Positions 1 through 8,914 of a stretch of DNA of 32,000 bases are shown piece by piece. Numbering within the stretch: the stretch's first letter is position 1; each line of letters starts with the position of its first letter. The stretch is from Mycolicibacterium smegmatis. Its GTDB lineage: Bacteria > Actinomycetota > Actinomycetes > Mycobacteriales > Mycobacteriaceae. The notes under the pieces are model-generated. The model saw only the letters and a program-made list of their open reading frames with translations. It had not been told where the DNA came from and did not search any database. The stretch is taken from positions 3,720,001 to 3,752,000 of the forward strand of contig NZ_LN831039.1 of the NCBI RefSeq assembly GCF_001457595.1, given 5' to 3'. A program made the position numbers and the translations under genes.

Positions 1-94
1 GCTCGACGACGTCAAGGCCCTGATCCGGTCGCGGGAACCGGTCGACCCCGACCTGCTGGCCGATCCGGGCCGGCCGCTCAACGCGCCCGGCTGA
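1..94 (+). CDS. 3' end of an unidentified CDS entering from upstream of the window
   Basis: Frame 2 reads ...LDDVKALIRSREPVDPDLLADPGRPLNAPG* with G/C-rich third positions and TGA at 92-94. It is too short to assign a family. Confidence 0.35.
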   Translation, partial: LDDVKALIRSREPVDPDLLADPGRPLNAPG

Positions 95-231
95 GCAGGG
101 CGATCGCCGCGGCGCTGGGAATGCGCTGCGGGTCAACCGTATTCTCGGCATTCCCGGCCGTGCCCGGCGTGCGCTGTAACGTGCACACGGCCGCCCGTGC
201 CCGGACAATCGATACACGTGACGGCAGAAAG

Positions 232-909
232 GTGAGCCCGTTGAACGTCGCCCCAGCCGAACTGACCGGCACCGAACAGGCAGTTCTGCTGGTGCTCATG
301 GCCGAGTCGCGGCCCGTGCCCAATCCGGACCTCGAACGGCTCGGACCGAAGCTCGACAAGCGGGGCCGGGACCGGCTCAACGAACTGGGGCTGATCGAGA
401 CCACACCGGGGCGTCCGCTGGTCCACGAACTCACCGACGCGGGTTGGGCGGTGTGCCGCCAGTTGCTCGCCGCCGACACACCGCCGCGGTCGTCCGGCCA
501 GGGCCGCGCTCTCTACACCGTGCTCAGAGCGCTGCACCGCCACCTCGAACGCGCAGATCTCGCGCCGGCCGACGTGTTCCTGCCTGGCGACTCGCCGGCG
601 CCTGCCGCCGTCGACACGCCGGGCACCGCGAGCGGCTACGCGCTCGCGCCGCGCGCCGAGGAGGCCCTGCGGGCCGCCTACGCGAGGCTCGCGGACCGGC
701 CCGGCGGCTGGGTCGGCCTGGCCCGGCTGCGCGGCGAGGTGCCCGATCTGCCGCGCAAAGAGGTCGACGCGGCTTTGATCAGCCTCTACCAGCAGCCGGG
801 TGTGAGCCTGATTCCCGAAGAGAACCAGAAGACGCTGACCGAAGCCGATCGCGCCGCCGCCGTGCGCATCGGTGACCAGAACAAACACCTGATCGCGATC
901 GAGTCCTGA
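232..909 (+). CDS. Winged-helix DNA-binding protein of unknown function, first gene of a two-gene cassette
   Basis: The track ORF is 121..909. Codons 121-231 have many A/T third positions, unlike the rest, so GTG 232 or TTG 241 (preceded by GAAAGG at 227-232) is the likelier start. LTGTEQAVLLVLMAESRPVPNPDLERL...LNELGLIET...LVHELTDAGW has a MarR/PadR-like wHTH pattern. The C-terminal segment GWVGLARLRGEVPDLPRKEVDAALISLYQQ looks like a second winged-helix-like module. Stop TGA 907-909 overlaps ATG 909-911 of the next gene (TGATG). Confidence 0.6.
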   Translation: MSPLNVAPAELTGTEQAVLLVLMAESRPVPNPDLERLGPKLDKRGRDRLNELGLIETTPGRPLVHELTDAGWAVCRQLLAADTPPRSSGQGRALYTVLRALHRHLERADLAPADVFLPGDSPAPAAVDTPGTASGYALAPRAEEALRAAYARLADRPGGWVGLARLRGEVPDLPRKEVDAALISLYQQPGVSLIPEENQKTLTEADRAAAVRIGDQNKHLIAIES

Positions 910-3900
910 TGCAGCAACACGAACGGGAAGCGCTCAGCGCGCTGCGGCTCACCTGGGCGCCCACGGCCGACGACCTGTGGCACTCGCAGGGCGCGCTGCA
1001 CGTGCCCGGCCTGCACGAACGGGCCATGACCGACGTGCTTGCCGCGTTCGACGACGCCGCGCGCGAGACCGATTCCAGCCCGCTCGGGGTCGTCGTGCGC
1101 GGACCGGCCGGTTCGGGCAAGACGCACCTGCTCGGTCAGGTGCGCGAACGCGTGCAGACCGCGGGCGGCTTCTTCTTCCTGGTCGAACTGCTCGACGCCA
1201 CGAGCTTCTGGCAGTCCGCACGCGCGGGCATCCTGGAGAGCCTCGGCCGCCCCGGCGGGGAGCGGGAAACCCAGCTCAAAGACCTGCTGTGGGAACTGGC
1301 GTCGATCGCCCACATCTCGCGGGCCAATCGCCGCGCCATCATCGGCGACGACGACCTGACGCCGGAGATCCTCACCGATTTCGTCACCGCGCTGCACAAG
1401 GCCAGGCGCCAGACGGTCAAACGCGCCCACCACACGCTGCGGGCGCTGGTCCTGCTGGGCGCCGCGGATCTGGACCTGCAGGACATCGGCGAGGCCTTCC
1501 TCGTCGGCAACGTGGGCACTCTCGGCGCGACCGACGGCTCGGAGGCCGAACTCGCGGCGTGGGGCCTGCCCGTGCCCACCCTGACCCCACAGGAATCGGT
1601 GCGGGACATCTCGCGGTTGGTCGCACTGGCCGGGCCCGCGGTGCTGGCCCTCGACCAGATCGACACGCTGTTGGCGCAGTCCATCGAGCGGACCGCCGAT
1701 CGTGTGTCCGGCGAGAACTCCGAGCCCGCGAGCCTGGACAACCGCGACCTCGAGCACGTGGCCCACGGGCTGATGTCGGTGCGCCAGACCATGCGCCGGA
1801 CGGTGTCGGTGGTCGCGTGTCTGCCCGCGGCGTGGGAGGCCATCGAGAACCGGGCTACCGCGAGTGTGCACGACCGGTTCCGCACCACGGCGCTGCTGCA
1901 GGGCCTGCCGACGCCCGATATCGGCCGCGCGATCCTGGAGCGCCGGTTCTCGGCGACCTACAGCGCCGTCGGGTTCAGCGCGCCGTACCCGAGTTGGCCG
2001 ATCCTGCCGTCGGCGTTCGACGACGCGACGCAGTACACACCGCGGCAGTTGCTCAAGCGCGCCGACGCCCACGTCCGGCACTGCCTGGAGCACGACACCG
2101 TCGAGGAACTCACCCGGCTCACGGGCGAGGTGGACACGACGCACGGGCCCGGCCACGCAGGAGGCACGCGCACCGACACGTCCGAACTGGACCGCCGCTT
2201 CGCCGAGTACCGGAGTCGCGCGGTCACCGCGGCCGCGCTGGATCCCGACGGCGAGGACACCACGATGCCCGGCCTGCTCTCGGCCGCGCTGGAGGCCTGG
2301 ATCACCGAACTCGGCGAGGTCGAGCAGACCTTCTGGCCGGACCCGCCTCCGGGCCAGCGCGTCGTCCTGCATGCACGACTGCGTCAGAGCCTGGACGCGG
2401 CGACCGACGACGAGCGGCACTGGGCGTTTCGCGCGGTCGCGTCCGGGAACGCCATCGCGGTGCAGAACCGCATCAGGAAGGCCTTGGAGGCAACAGGTCT
2501 CAACCCCGAGCGGCGCACGCTGTTCCTGCTGCGCAACACGCCGTGGCCGCGCGGCGCCAAGACGGCCGCGATGGTCGACGAGTTCACGGCGGCGGGCGGA
2601 CGCGTGCTGCCCATGAGCGACGACGACATCCGCACCATGACCGCGCTGCGTGACCTCATCGACGACAACCACCCGGACCTGCCCGGGTGGCTGCGCCGGC
2701 GCAGGCCCGCGCACGCGATCGACCTGTTGCGCGCCGCGCTCGGTGACGTCGCCGGTGAGGCGCCGGACCTGGAGGCCACCGATCCTCGGATGCCCATCGA
2801 ACTCCCCTCTGCGGGAAGCGAATTCGTGCCGCAACCTGATCCTGCCCCGGCAGTGGCGATCGAGCACTCCCCCACCGCGATCACACTCGGCGTGGACGCC
2901 ACCGGCGGGCAACCGGTTTCGGTGGACCTGGCCGCATTGCGCAAGCACACCGCGATCTTCGCCGGCTCGGGCTCGGGCAAGACCGTGCTGATCCGGCGAC
3001 TGGTCGAGGAATGCGCGTTGCGCGGGGTGTCGTCGATCGTGCTGGACCCCAACAACGATCTGTCCCGCCTGGGCAGCAGATGGCCCGAGTCGCCGCCCGG
3101 ATGGAATCCCGCCGACGACGAACGCAGCGACGAGTACTTCGCCAACACCGAGGTGGTGGTGTGGACGCCGCGCCGGGCCACCGGGCGGCCTTTGTCGTTC
3201 CAGCCGCTGCCGGATTTCGCGAGCGTGCTCGACGACGACGATGAGTTCTCCGACGCCGTCGAATCGGCTGTCGCCGCGCTGGAGCCGCGGGCACTGATCG
3301 TCGGGAACACCGCGAAGGCCAACCGGTCGCGCGCGGTGCTGCGCGAGGCGCTGCGCTATTACGGCGCGTCGCGGTCGGTGACACTGAGCGGGTTCATCGA
3401 CCTGCTGGGCGATCTGCCCGACGACGTCAGCGCACTGGGCAACGCCCGCGCGCTCGCGGCCGAACTCGGGCAGAACCTGCGCGCGGCGACCGTGAACGAT
3501 CCGCTGTTCGGCGGCGCGGGCACCGCGGCCGATCCCGGCGTGCTGCTGACACCGTCTGCCGGCTACCGCGCGCGGGTTTCGGTGATCAGCATGGTGGGGC
3601 TGACCAACGAACAGCAGCGCGAGGGGTTCGTCAACCAACTCCAGATGGCGTTGTTCGCATGGATCAAACGCAATCCGGCAGGCAACCGGCCGCTGGGCGG
3701 GCTTCTGGTGATGGACGAGGCGCAGAACTTCGCGCCGTCCAGCCACACCACCGCCTCCACGCACAGCACGCTCGCGCTGTCGTCGCAGGCCCGCAAGTAC
3801 GGCCTGGGCCTGGTGTTCGCGACACAGTCGCCGCGCGGGCTGCACAACCACATCCCCGGCAACGCCGCGACGCAGTTCTACGGGCTGCTGAACTCACCGG

Positions 3901-4115
3901 CACAGATCGCGGTCGCCAGGGAGATGGCGCGCGTCAAGGGCGGCCTGGTGCCGGACATCAGCAGGCTGCGCTCGGGACAGTTTTATCTGGCGTTGGAGGG
4001 CAACGCCTTCCACAAGATCCAGACACCGTGGTGCCTGTCGCACCACCCGCCGAGCCCGCCGACCACCGACGAGGTGCTGAGGTTGGCGCAGCAGCGCGAA
4101 CCCGCAGCACCCTGA
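909..4115 (+). CDS. 1068-aa dual P-loop NTPase: N-terminal AAA/ORC-BrxD-like module plus C-terminal HerA/FtsK-superfamily (DUF87-like) module
   Basis: Uninterrupted GC3-rich ORF. Walker A no.1 is GPAGSGKT (nt 1101-1124), with a putative Walker B VLALDQID (1641-1664). Walker A no.2 is GSGSGKT (2964-2984), followed by Walker B LLVMDEAQNFAP (3702-3737) and then ARKYGLGLVFATQSP. That motif order is typical of HerA/FtsK/VirB4-type ATPases. Family assignment is by eye only. Confidence 0.85.
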   Translation: MQQHEREALSALRLTWAPTADDLWHSQGALHVPGLHERAMTDVLAAFDDAARETDSSPLGVVVRGPAGSGKTHLLGQVRERVQTAGGFFFLVELLDATSFWQSARAGILESLGRPGGERETQLKDLLWELASIAHISRANRRAIIGDDDLTPEILTDFVTALHKARRQTVKRAHHTLRALVLLGAADLDLQDIGEAFLVGNVGTLGATDGSEAELAAWGLPVPTLTPQESVRDISRLVALAGPAVLALDQIDTLLAQSIERTADRVSGENSEPASLDNRDLEHVAHGLMSVRQTMRRTVSVVACLPAAWEAIENRATASVHDRFRTTALLQGLPTPDIGRAILERRFSATYSAVGFSAPYPSWPILPSAFDDATQYTPRQLLKRADAHVRHCLEHDTVEELTRLTGEVDTTHGPGHAGGTRTDTSELDRRFAEYRSRAVTAAALDPDGEDTTMPGLLSAALEAWITELGEVEQTFWPDPPPGQRVVLHARLRQSLDAATDDERHWAFRAVASGNAIAVQNRIRKALEATGLNPERRTLFLLRNTPWPRGAKTAAMVDEFTAAGGRVLPMSDDDIRTMTALRDLIDDNHPDLPGWLRRRRPAHAIDLLRAALGDVAGEAPDLEATDPRMPIELPSAGSEFVPQPDPAPAVAIEHSPTAITLGVDATGGQPVSVDLAALRKHTAIFAGSGSGKTVLIRRLVEECALRGVSSIVLDPNNDLSRLGSRWPESPPGWNPADDERSDEYFANTEVVVWTPRRATGRPLSFQPLPDFASVLDDDDEFSDAVESAVAALEPRALIVGNTAKANRSRAVLREALRYYGASRSVTLSGFIDLLGDLPDDVSALGNARALAAELGQNLRAATVNDPLFGGAGTAADPGVLLTPSAGYRARVSVISMVGLTNEQQREGFVNQLQMALFAWIKRNPAGNRPLGGLLVMDEAQNFAPSSHTTASTHSTLALSSQARKYGLGLVFATQSPRGLHNHIPGNAATQFYGLLNSPAQIAVAREMARVKGGLVPDISRLRSGQFYLALEGNAFHKIQTPWCLSHHPPSPPTTDEVLRLAQQREPAAP

Positions 4116-4119
4116 CCCG

Positions 4120-4160
4120 AAAAAAGAGGCCGGCCACCGAGGTTCGGTGACCGGCCCCTT
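4120..4160 (-). terminator. Intrinsic terminator between convergent genes (clear for the leftward ABC operon, possibly bidirectional)
   Basis: Hairpin GGCCGGCCACC (4128-4138) / GGTGACCGGCC (4146-4156): 11 bp with one C-A mismatch and a 7-nt loop. On the minus strand it is followed by TCTTTTTT (complement of 4120-4127). It lies 13 nt after the stop of the rightward ATPase gene. Confidence 0.6.
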
Positions 4161-4169
4161 GTGCGTAGA

Positions 4170-5219
4170 TCAGGGCTGGGTCTGCCCCGGGATGCCCTCG
4201 TAGGCGATGTCGCCCGTCTTGAGGTTCTGCTGTGTGAGCTCCACCAGACCGTCGAGGAACTTCTGGCGCTCGGTCACCACGTGCTCGATCGCGACGTCGA
4301 CGTTGTCCTTGGTGATCGCGGGCATGACGTAGACCGGATCGGTCTTGACATCCTCGCCCTTCACCAGCGCGTCGGCGACCGCGAGCCCCGCCGACAGTTC
4401 GACGGTGCCGTTCTGCAGTGACGTGCCGATGAAATCACCGCTCTTGACGGCGTTCAGACCGTCCTCGATGCCGTCGATCCCGACGATCGGCACGCCCGTG
4501 CGGCCGGCTTCCTTGAGCGCCTGCAGCGCACCGAGACCCATGTCGTCGTTCTGCGCGACCACGCCGTCGATCTGCGGGCCGAACGACGAGATCCAGTTCT
4601 TCATCTTGTTGACGGCCTCGTCGCGCTTCCAGTTCGCGGTGTCCTTGGCCAGCACCTTGATGTCGGGATACTTGGCGAGCACCTGGTCGATGCCCTTGCC
4701 GCGGTTGATCTCTCCGGAGCCGCCGAGTGGGCCCTGCAGGATCACGATGTTGCCCTTGCCGCCGAGGCGGTCGGCCATCATCTGCATCTCCTGCGCACCG
4801 GCCGCCACGTCGTCCGGTTGCACGTTGCCGGCCAGGTCGGGAGTCTCCAGCGCGGCGTTGACCGCGAGCAGCGGGATGCCCTTGGACTTGGCCGAGGCGA
4901 CCTGCGGGCCGAGCGAATCCGCCTGCACCGGAACGACGATGATGGCGTCCACGCCCTGGTTGATCAGCGAGTCGACCTGGCTGGCCTGGGTGGACACGTC
5001 GTTGTTGGCCGAGTTCCACACCAGCTCGATGTTGTTGGCCTTGGCGTAGGTGTCCATCCCCTCCTTGCCCTCGGTGATGAACGAGCTCATGTCGTACACC
5101 GTGACGCCGATGCGCTTGGTGTCGCTGTTGGCCGCGGTGTCGCCCGCGCCGCACGCGGTCAGGCCCAGTCCGACGGCCCCGGCGGCGGCAATCGCGCCGA
5201 TCTTCGACGTGATGTTCAT
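4170..5219 (-). CDS. ABC sugar/polyol substrate-binding lipoprotein (PBP type I, CUT2/ribose-like), copy 1
   Basis: 349 aa. The N-terminus [23 protein letters not shown] is a signal peptide plus lipobox (LTAC). The body has the periplasmic monosaccharide-binding pattern. SD GAAAGG lies upstream of the ATG. Confidence 0.9.
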   Translation of the reverse strand: MNITSKIGAIAAAGAVGLGLTACGAGDTAANSDTKRIGVTVYDMSSFITEGKEGMDTYAKANNIELVWNSANNDVSTQASQVDSLINQGVDAIIVVPVQADSLGPQVASAKSKGIPLLAVNAALETPDLAGNVQPDDVAAGAQEMQMMADRLGGKGNIVILQGPLGGSGEINRGKGIDQVLAKYPDIKVLAKDTANWKRDEAVNKMKNWISSFGPQIDGVVAQNDDMGLGALQALKEAGRTGVPIVGIDGIEDGLNAVKSGDFIGTSLQNGTVELSAGLAVADALVKGEDVKTDPVYVMPAITKDNVDVAIEHVVTERQKFLDGLVELTQQNLKTGDIAYEGIPGQTQP

Positions 5220-5253
5220 GAATGCCTTTCTACTTGTGGCGGGGGATCAGGGA

Positions 5254-6303
5254 TCAGGGCTGCTTCTGGCCGGGGATGCCCTCGTAGGCGATGTCGCCGG
5301 TTTCGAGGTTCTTGTTGATCAGCTCGGTGAGGCCGTCGAGGAACTGCTGACGCTCGGTGACCACGTGCTCGATCGCGACGTCGACGTTGTCCTTGGTGAT
5401 CGCGGGCATGATGTACACGGGCTCTTTGTTGACCGGTTCGCCCTTGGCGAGGCGGTTGGCCACCGCGAGACCGGCCGCGAGTTCGACGGTGCCGTTCTGC
5501 AGTGAGGTGCCGATGAAATCACCGCTCTTGACGGCGTTCAGACCGTCCTCGATGCCGTCGATGCCGACGATCGGCACGCCTGTGCGGCCGGACTCCTTGA
5601 GCGCCTGCAGCGCACCGAGACCCATGTCGTCGTTCTGCGCCACCACACCGTCGATCTGCGGCCCGAAGCCCGAGATCCAGTTCTTCATCTTGTTGACGGC
5701 CTCGTCGCGCTTCCAGTTCGCAGTGTCCTTGGCCAGCACCTTGATGTCCGGATACTTGGCCAGGACCTGCTCGATGCCCTTGCTGCGGTCCAGTTCACCG
5801 GACTGCCCCAGCGGACCCTGCAGGATCACGATGTTGCCCTTGCCGCCGAGGCGGTCAGCCATCATCTGCATCTCCTGCGCGCCTGCGGCCACATCGTCGG
5901 GCTGGACGTTGCCCGCGATGTCCTTGCTGTCGAGCGCGGCGTTGACCGGGACCAGCGGGATGCCCTTGGCCTTGGCCGAGGCGACCTGCGGCGCGAGCGA
6001 ATCCGCCTGCACGGGAACGACGATGATCGCGTCCACGCCCTGGTTGATCATGGAGTCGACCTGGCTGGCCTGCGTCGAGACGTCGAGATTGGCCGAGTTC
6101 CAGATCAACTCGATGTTGTTGTCCTTGGCGTAGGCGTCCATCCCCTCCTTGCCTGCGGTGATGAACGAGCTCATGTCGTACACCGTCACGCCGATGCGCG
6201 TGGTGTCACTGTTCGCGGCGGGGTCACCCGCACCGCAAGCCGTCAGACCCAGCCCCAGCGCGGTTGCCGAGGCGATCGCGAACGCCGTTGTCCCCAGTCT
6301 CAT
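5254..6303 (-). CDS. ABC sugar/polyol substrate-binding lipoprotein, copy 2 (tandem paralogue of 4170..5219)
   Basis: 349 aa. [23 protein letters not shown] carries the lipobox. It aligns without gaps to the downstream copy, with about 300/349 identical residues by my count. SD AGAAGG lies upstream. Confidence 0.9.
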
Positions 6304-6344
6304 CTGCCTTCTCTTTCAGTTGTTGTGGATGTGTCGTGGTGCCG

Positions 6345-7379
6345 TCAAGTTCGTCGCCGGGACGACCACACGTCGACCGCGACCGCGGCGACGATCAGCA
6401 CGCCCTTGATGACGTCCTGCCAATAGGCCGGGACCACCAGGATGTCCAGGCCGTTGTTGAGGGTCTGGATCATCAGCAGACCCAACGCGGTACCCCAGAT
6501 GGTTCCGCGGCCGCCCATGAGGCTCGCGCCACCGATCACGACGGCCGCGATGGCGTCGAGTTCGTAACCCTGGCCGAGGTTGGGCGGACCGGAGATGACG
6601 CGCGACGCCAGCATGACGCCCGACAGACCGGCCAGCAGACCCGAGAACGCGTAAACGCTGAACAGCACGTTCTTGGCGTTGATACCGGCGATCTCGGCGG
6701 CGTGGCGGTTGCCGCCGACGGCGTAGACCCGCATGCCGTAGGTGGTGCGCTTCATGATGATCGCGAGCGCGATGATGCCGATGATCATCAGCAGCACCGG
6801 GATCTGCAGACCCAGGATCTTGGTGTTGGCGATCGACCCGAACTCCGGCGGCAGGCCGTTGATCGGTGCGCCGCCGCCGATCACATACGCCAGACCAGAC
6901 CCCGCGGTGAGCGTGCCCAGGGTGGCGATGAACGGCGGGACATTGATGCGCGACACCAGGAATCCGTTGACGCAGCCCACCGCGAGACCGACCAGCATCG
7001 ACACCAGCACGGTCAGCCACACCTGGCCGGGGTTGGCCTTCGCGGTGGCCGCGCCCGCCATGGCCGACACCGCGATGACGCTGCCGACCGACAGGTCGAT
7101 GCCGCCGGTCAGGATGACCAGCGTCTGCCCCAGCGCGATGAGCGCGAAAGGTGCTGCGGCGACGAGGATCGTCACCAGGTTGTCCGGGGTGGCGAACCGG
7201 GCGCTGCGGTAGCTGAAGTACGCGATGACCAGCAGCATCACGATCACCATCGAGTAGCGCACCGCGATGCCCGTGGCCCAGGCCCGGGAGAACAGCTTGA
7301 CGGGTTCGCCCGTGGTCGGTGAGGTGACGGTGGCGGAGGAATCCGGCACGGCGTCGTCGGGTTTCAATTCGGTGGTCAC
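6345..7379 (-). CDS. ABC sugar transporter permease (RbsC/AraH-like)
   Basis: 344 aa and highly hydrophobic with multiple predicted spans. Contains the LTGGIDLSVGS motif typical of CUT2 permeases. The GTG start at 7377-7379 overlaps the TGA stop (7376-7378) of the upstream ATPase gene. Confidence 0.9.
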   Translation of the reverse strand: MTTELKPDDAVPDSSATVTSPTTGEPVKLFSRAWATGIAVRYSMVIVMLLVIAYFSYRSARFATPDNLVTILVAAAPFALIALGQTLVILTGGIDLSVGSVIAVSAMAGAATAKANPGQVWLTVLVSMLVGLAVGCVNGFLVSRINVPPFIATLGTLTAGSGLAYVIGGGAPINGLPPEFGSIANTKILGLQIPVLLMIIGIIALAIIMKRTTYGMRVYAVGGNRHAAEIAGINAKNVLFSVYAFSGLLAGLSGVMLASRVISGPPNLGQGYELDAIAAVVIGGASLMGGRGTIWGTALGLLMIQTLNNGLDILVVPAYWQDVIKGVLIVAAVAVDVWSSRRRT

Positions 7380-8914
7380 GATGTGATCTCCTGGCTTGTC
7401 TGGTCACTTCTGGCGTCCAGTGCGGTGGCCAACCGGAACACCGACTCTTGGACCTCGGGATGGTCGAGCGCTTCTCGGTCGAGTTCGCCGACAAACGCGC
7501 CGCCGCGCATGACGAAGGCGCGATGGGACAGGCCGACGACCTCCGGCATGTCCGAGGACGCCATCACCACGGCCATCCCCTGCGCGGCGAATTCGGTGAT
7601 GATGCGGTAGATCTCGCTGCGGGCGCCGACGTCGACGCCGCGTGTGGGCTCGTCGAGCAGCAGGACGTTGACCTTGCCGGTCAGCCACCGCGCGAGCACC
7701 ACCTTCTGCTGGTTGCCGCCGGAGAGCGTGCCGACCTCCTGGCCGAGCCCGCGGCTGCGCAGCCGCACCGACGACATCACCTCCGACACGGCCTGCGTGC
7801 GGGACTTGCCCCGCAGCCAGCCCGCGATGGAGAACGAGGACAGCCGCGGCAGCGTGCCGTTGTCCAGGACGCTCATCGACAGCACCGCACCGGACAGCTT
7901 GCGGTCCTCGGGCACCATCGCCATGCCCGCGGTGATCGCGGCCGCGGGCTGGTTGCGTTTGACGCTGCGCCCGCGCACCACCACGTCACCCGCGGTGCTG
8001 CGGCGGGCGCCGAAGATGGCCTCCAGCAACTCGGTTCGCCCGGCGCCGACCAGCCCGGCCAGACCGACGATCTCACCGGCGCGCACCGAGAAGGACACCG
8101 GTTCCGAGGCGCCCTCGACCTGAAGGTCGCGCACCTCGAGCACGGTCTCGTCGGCGGGTTCGGGACGGTCCGGGAACAGCGCCTCGAGTTCGCGGCCGAT
8201 CATCGCGGTGACGATGTCGTCGTCGGACACGTCGTCGATCGGTTTGTCGAGGATCAACCCGCCGTCGCGCAGCACCACGACACGGTCGGCGATCGCGCGG
8301 ATCTCGGCCATCTTGTGCGTGGTGTAGACCATCGCGACACCGTGGTCGCGCAGCCTACGCACGATCTTGTACAGGCCCTCCACCTCGCGCTCGGAGATCG
8401 CCGAGGTCGGCTCGTCGAGCATCACCACCTGGGCGCCGGTGCGGGCGGCCTTGACGATCTCGACTATCTGGCGCAGGCCCACGGGCAGGCTGCCCATGCG
8501 GGCGGTCGGCGAGATGCCGACGTCGAAGACCGCGAGGGTCTCCTTGGCCTCGGCGATCATCGCGCGCCGGTTGAGGAACGGTCCGCGCTTGAGTTCACGT
8601 CCGACGAACAGGTTCTCGTAGACGGTCATGTCCTCGATGGACGCGAGTTCCTGCGGCACGATCGCCACACCGTGCCGGACGGCGTCGCGCGTGTTGCCCG
8701 GGGTGAGGGTGGCGCCCTTGACCGACACCTCACCCTGGTCGGCGTTGTACTGACCCGAGATGATCTTCATCAGCGTGGACTTGCCTGCGCCGTTCTCGCC
8801 GGCCAGCGCGGTGACCGTACCGGGCTCGAGTTGCAGGCTGATGCCCTTGAGCACCGGCACACCGCCGAAACTCTTGTGGATGTCGGTGCATTCGAGCAGA
8901 GCGTTGGGACTCAT
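7376..8914 (-). CDS. ABC sugar transporter ATP-binding protein with two fused NBDs (RbsA-like)
   Basis: 512 aa. Walker A GENGAGKST is in the first half; GLVGAGRTE plus signature LSGGNQQK are in the second half. The ATG at 8912-8914 overlaps the stop of the upstream dehydrogenase gene (ATGA). Confidence 0.92.
   Translation of the reverse strand: MSPNALLECTDIHKSFGGVPVLKGISLQLEPGTVTALAGENGAGKSTLMKIISGQYNADQGEVSVKGATLTPGNTRDAVRHGVAIVPQELASIEDMTVYENLFVGRELKRGPFLNRRAMIAEAKETLAVFDVGISPTARMGSLPVGLRQIVEIVKAARTGAQVVMLDEPTSAISEREVEGLYKIVRRLRDHGVAMVYTTHKMAEIRAIADRVVVLRDGGLILDKPIDDVSDDDIVTAMIGRELEALFPDRPEPADETVLEVRDLQVEGASEPVSFSVRAGEIVGLAGLVGAGRTELLEAIFGARRSTAGDVVVRGRSVKRNQPAAAITAGMAMVPEDRKLSGAVLSMSVLDNGTLPRLSSFSIAGWLRGKSRTQAVSEVMSSVRLRSRGLGQEVGTLSGGNQQKVVLARWLTGKVNVLLLDEPTRGVDVGARSEIYRIITEFAAQGMAVVMASSDMPEVVGLSHRAFVMRGGAFVGELDREALDHPEVQESVFRLATALDARSDQTSQEITS

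Noticed and set aside
121-231. N-terminal 37-codon extension of the winged-helix ORF (ATG 121)
   Set aside because: Third-codon positions here are much less G/C-biased than in the rest of the ORF, and the peptide (MRCGSTVFSAFPAVPGVRCNVH...) looks non-native. It is more likely promoter/leader DNA, though I cannot exclude it without homologue alignment.
786-3851. 1021-aa ORF on the minus strand opposite the large ATPase gene
   Set aside because: The composition is extreme Arg/Gly/Ala/Pro/Val with no motifs, typical of antisense frames in ~70% GC DNA. The plus-strand frame carries two complete Walker A/B sets and proper GC3 bias.
4170-6303. Duplicated ~1.05-kb segment considered as a possible mobile element or IS pair
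   Set aside because: Both copies are intact substrate-binding protein genes in direct tandem. They have no terminal inverted repeats, transposase or target-site duplication, so this is a gene duplication.
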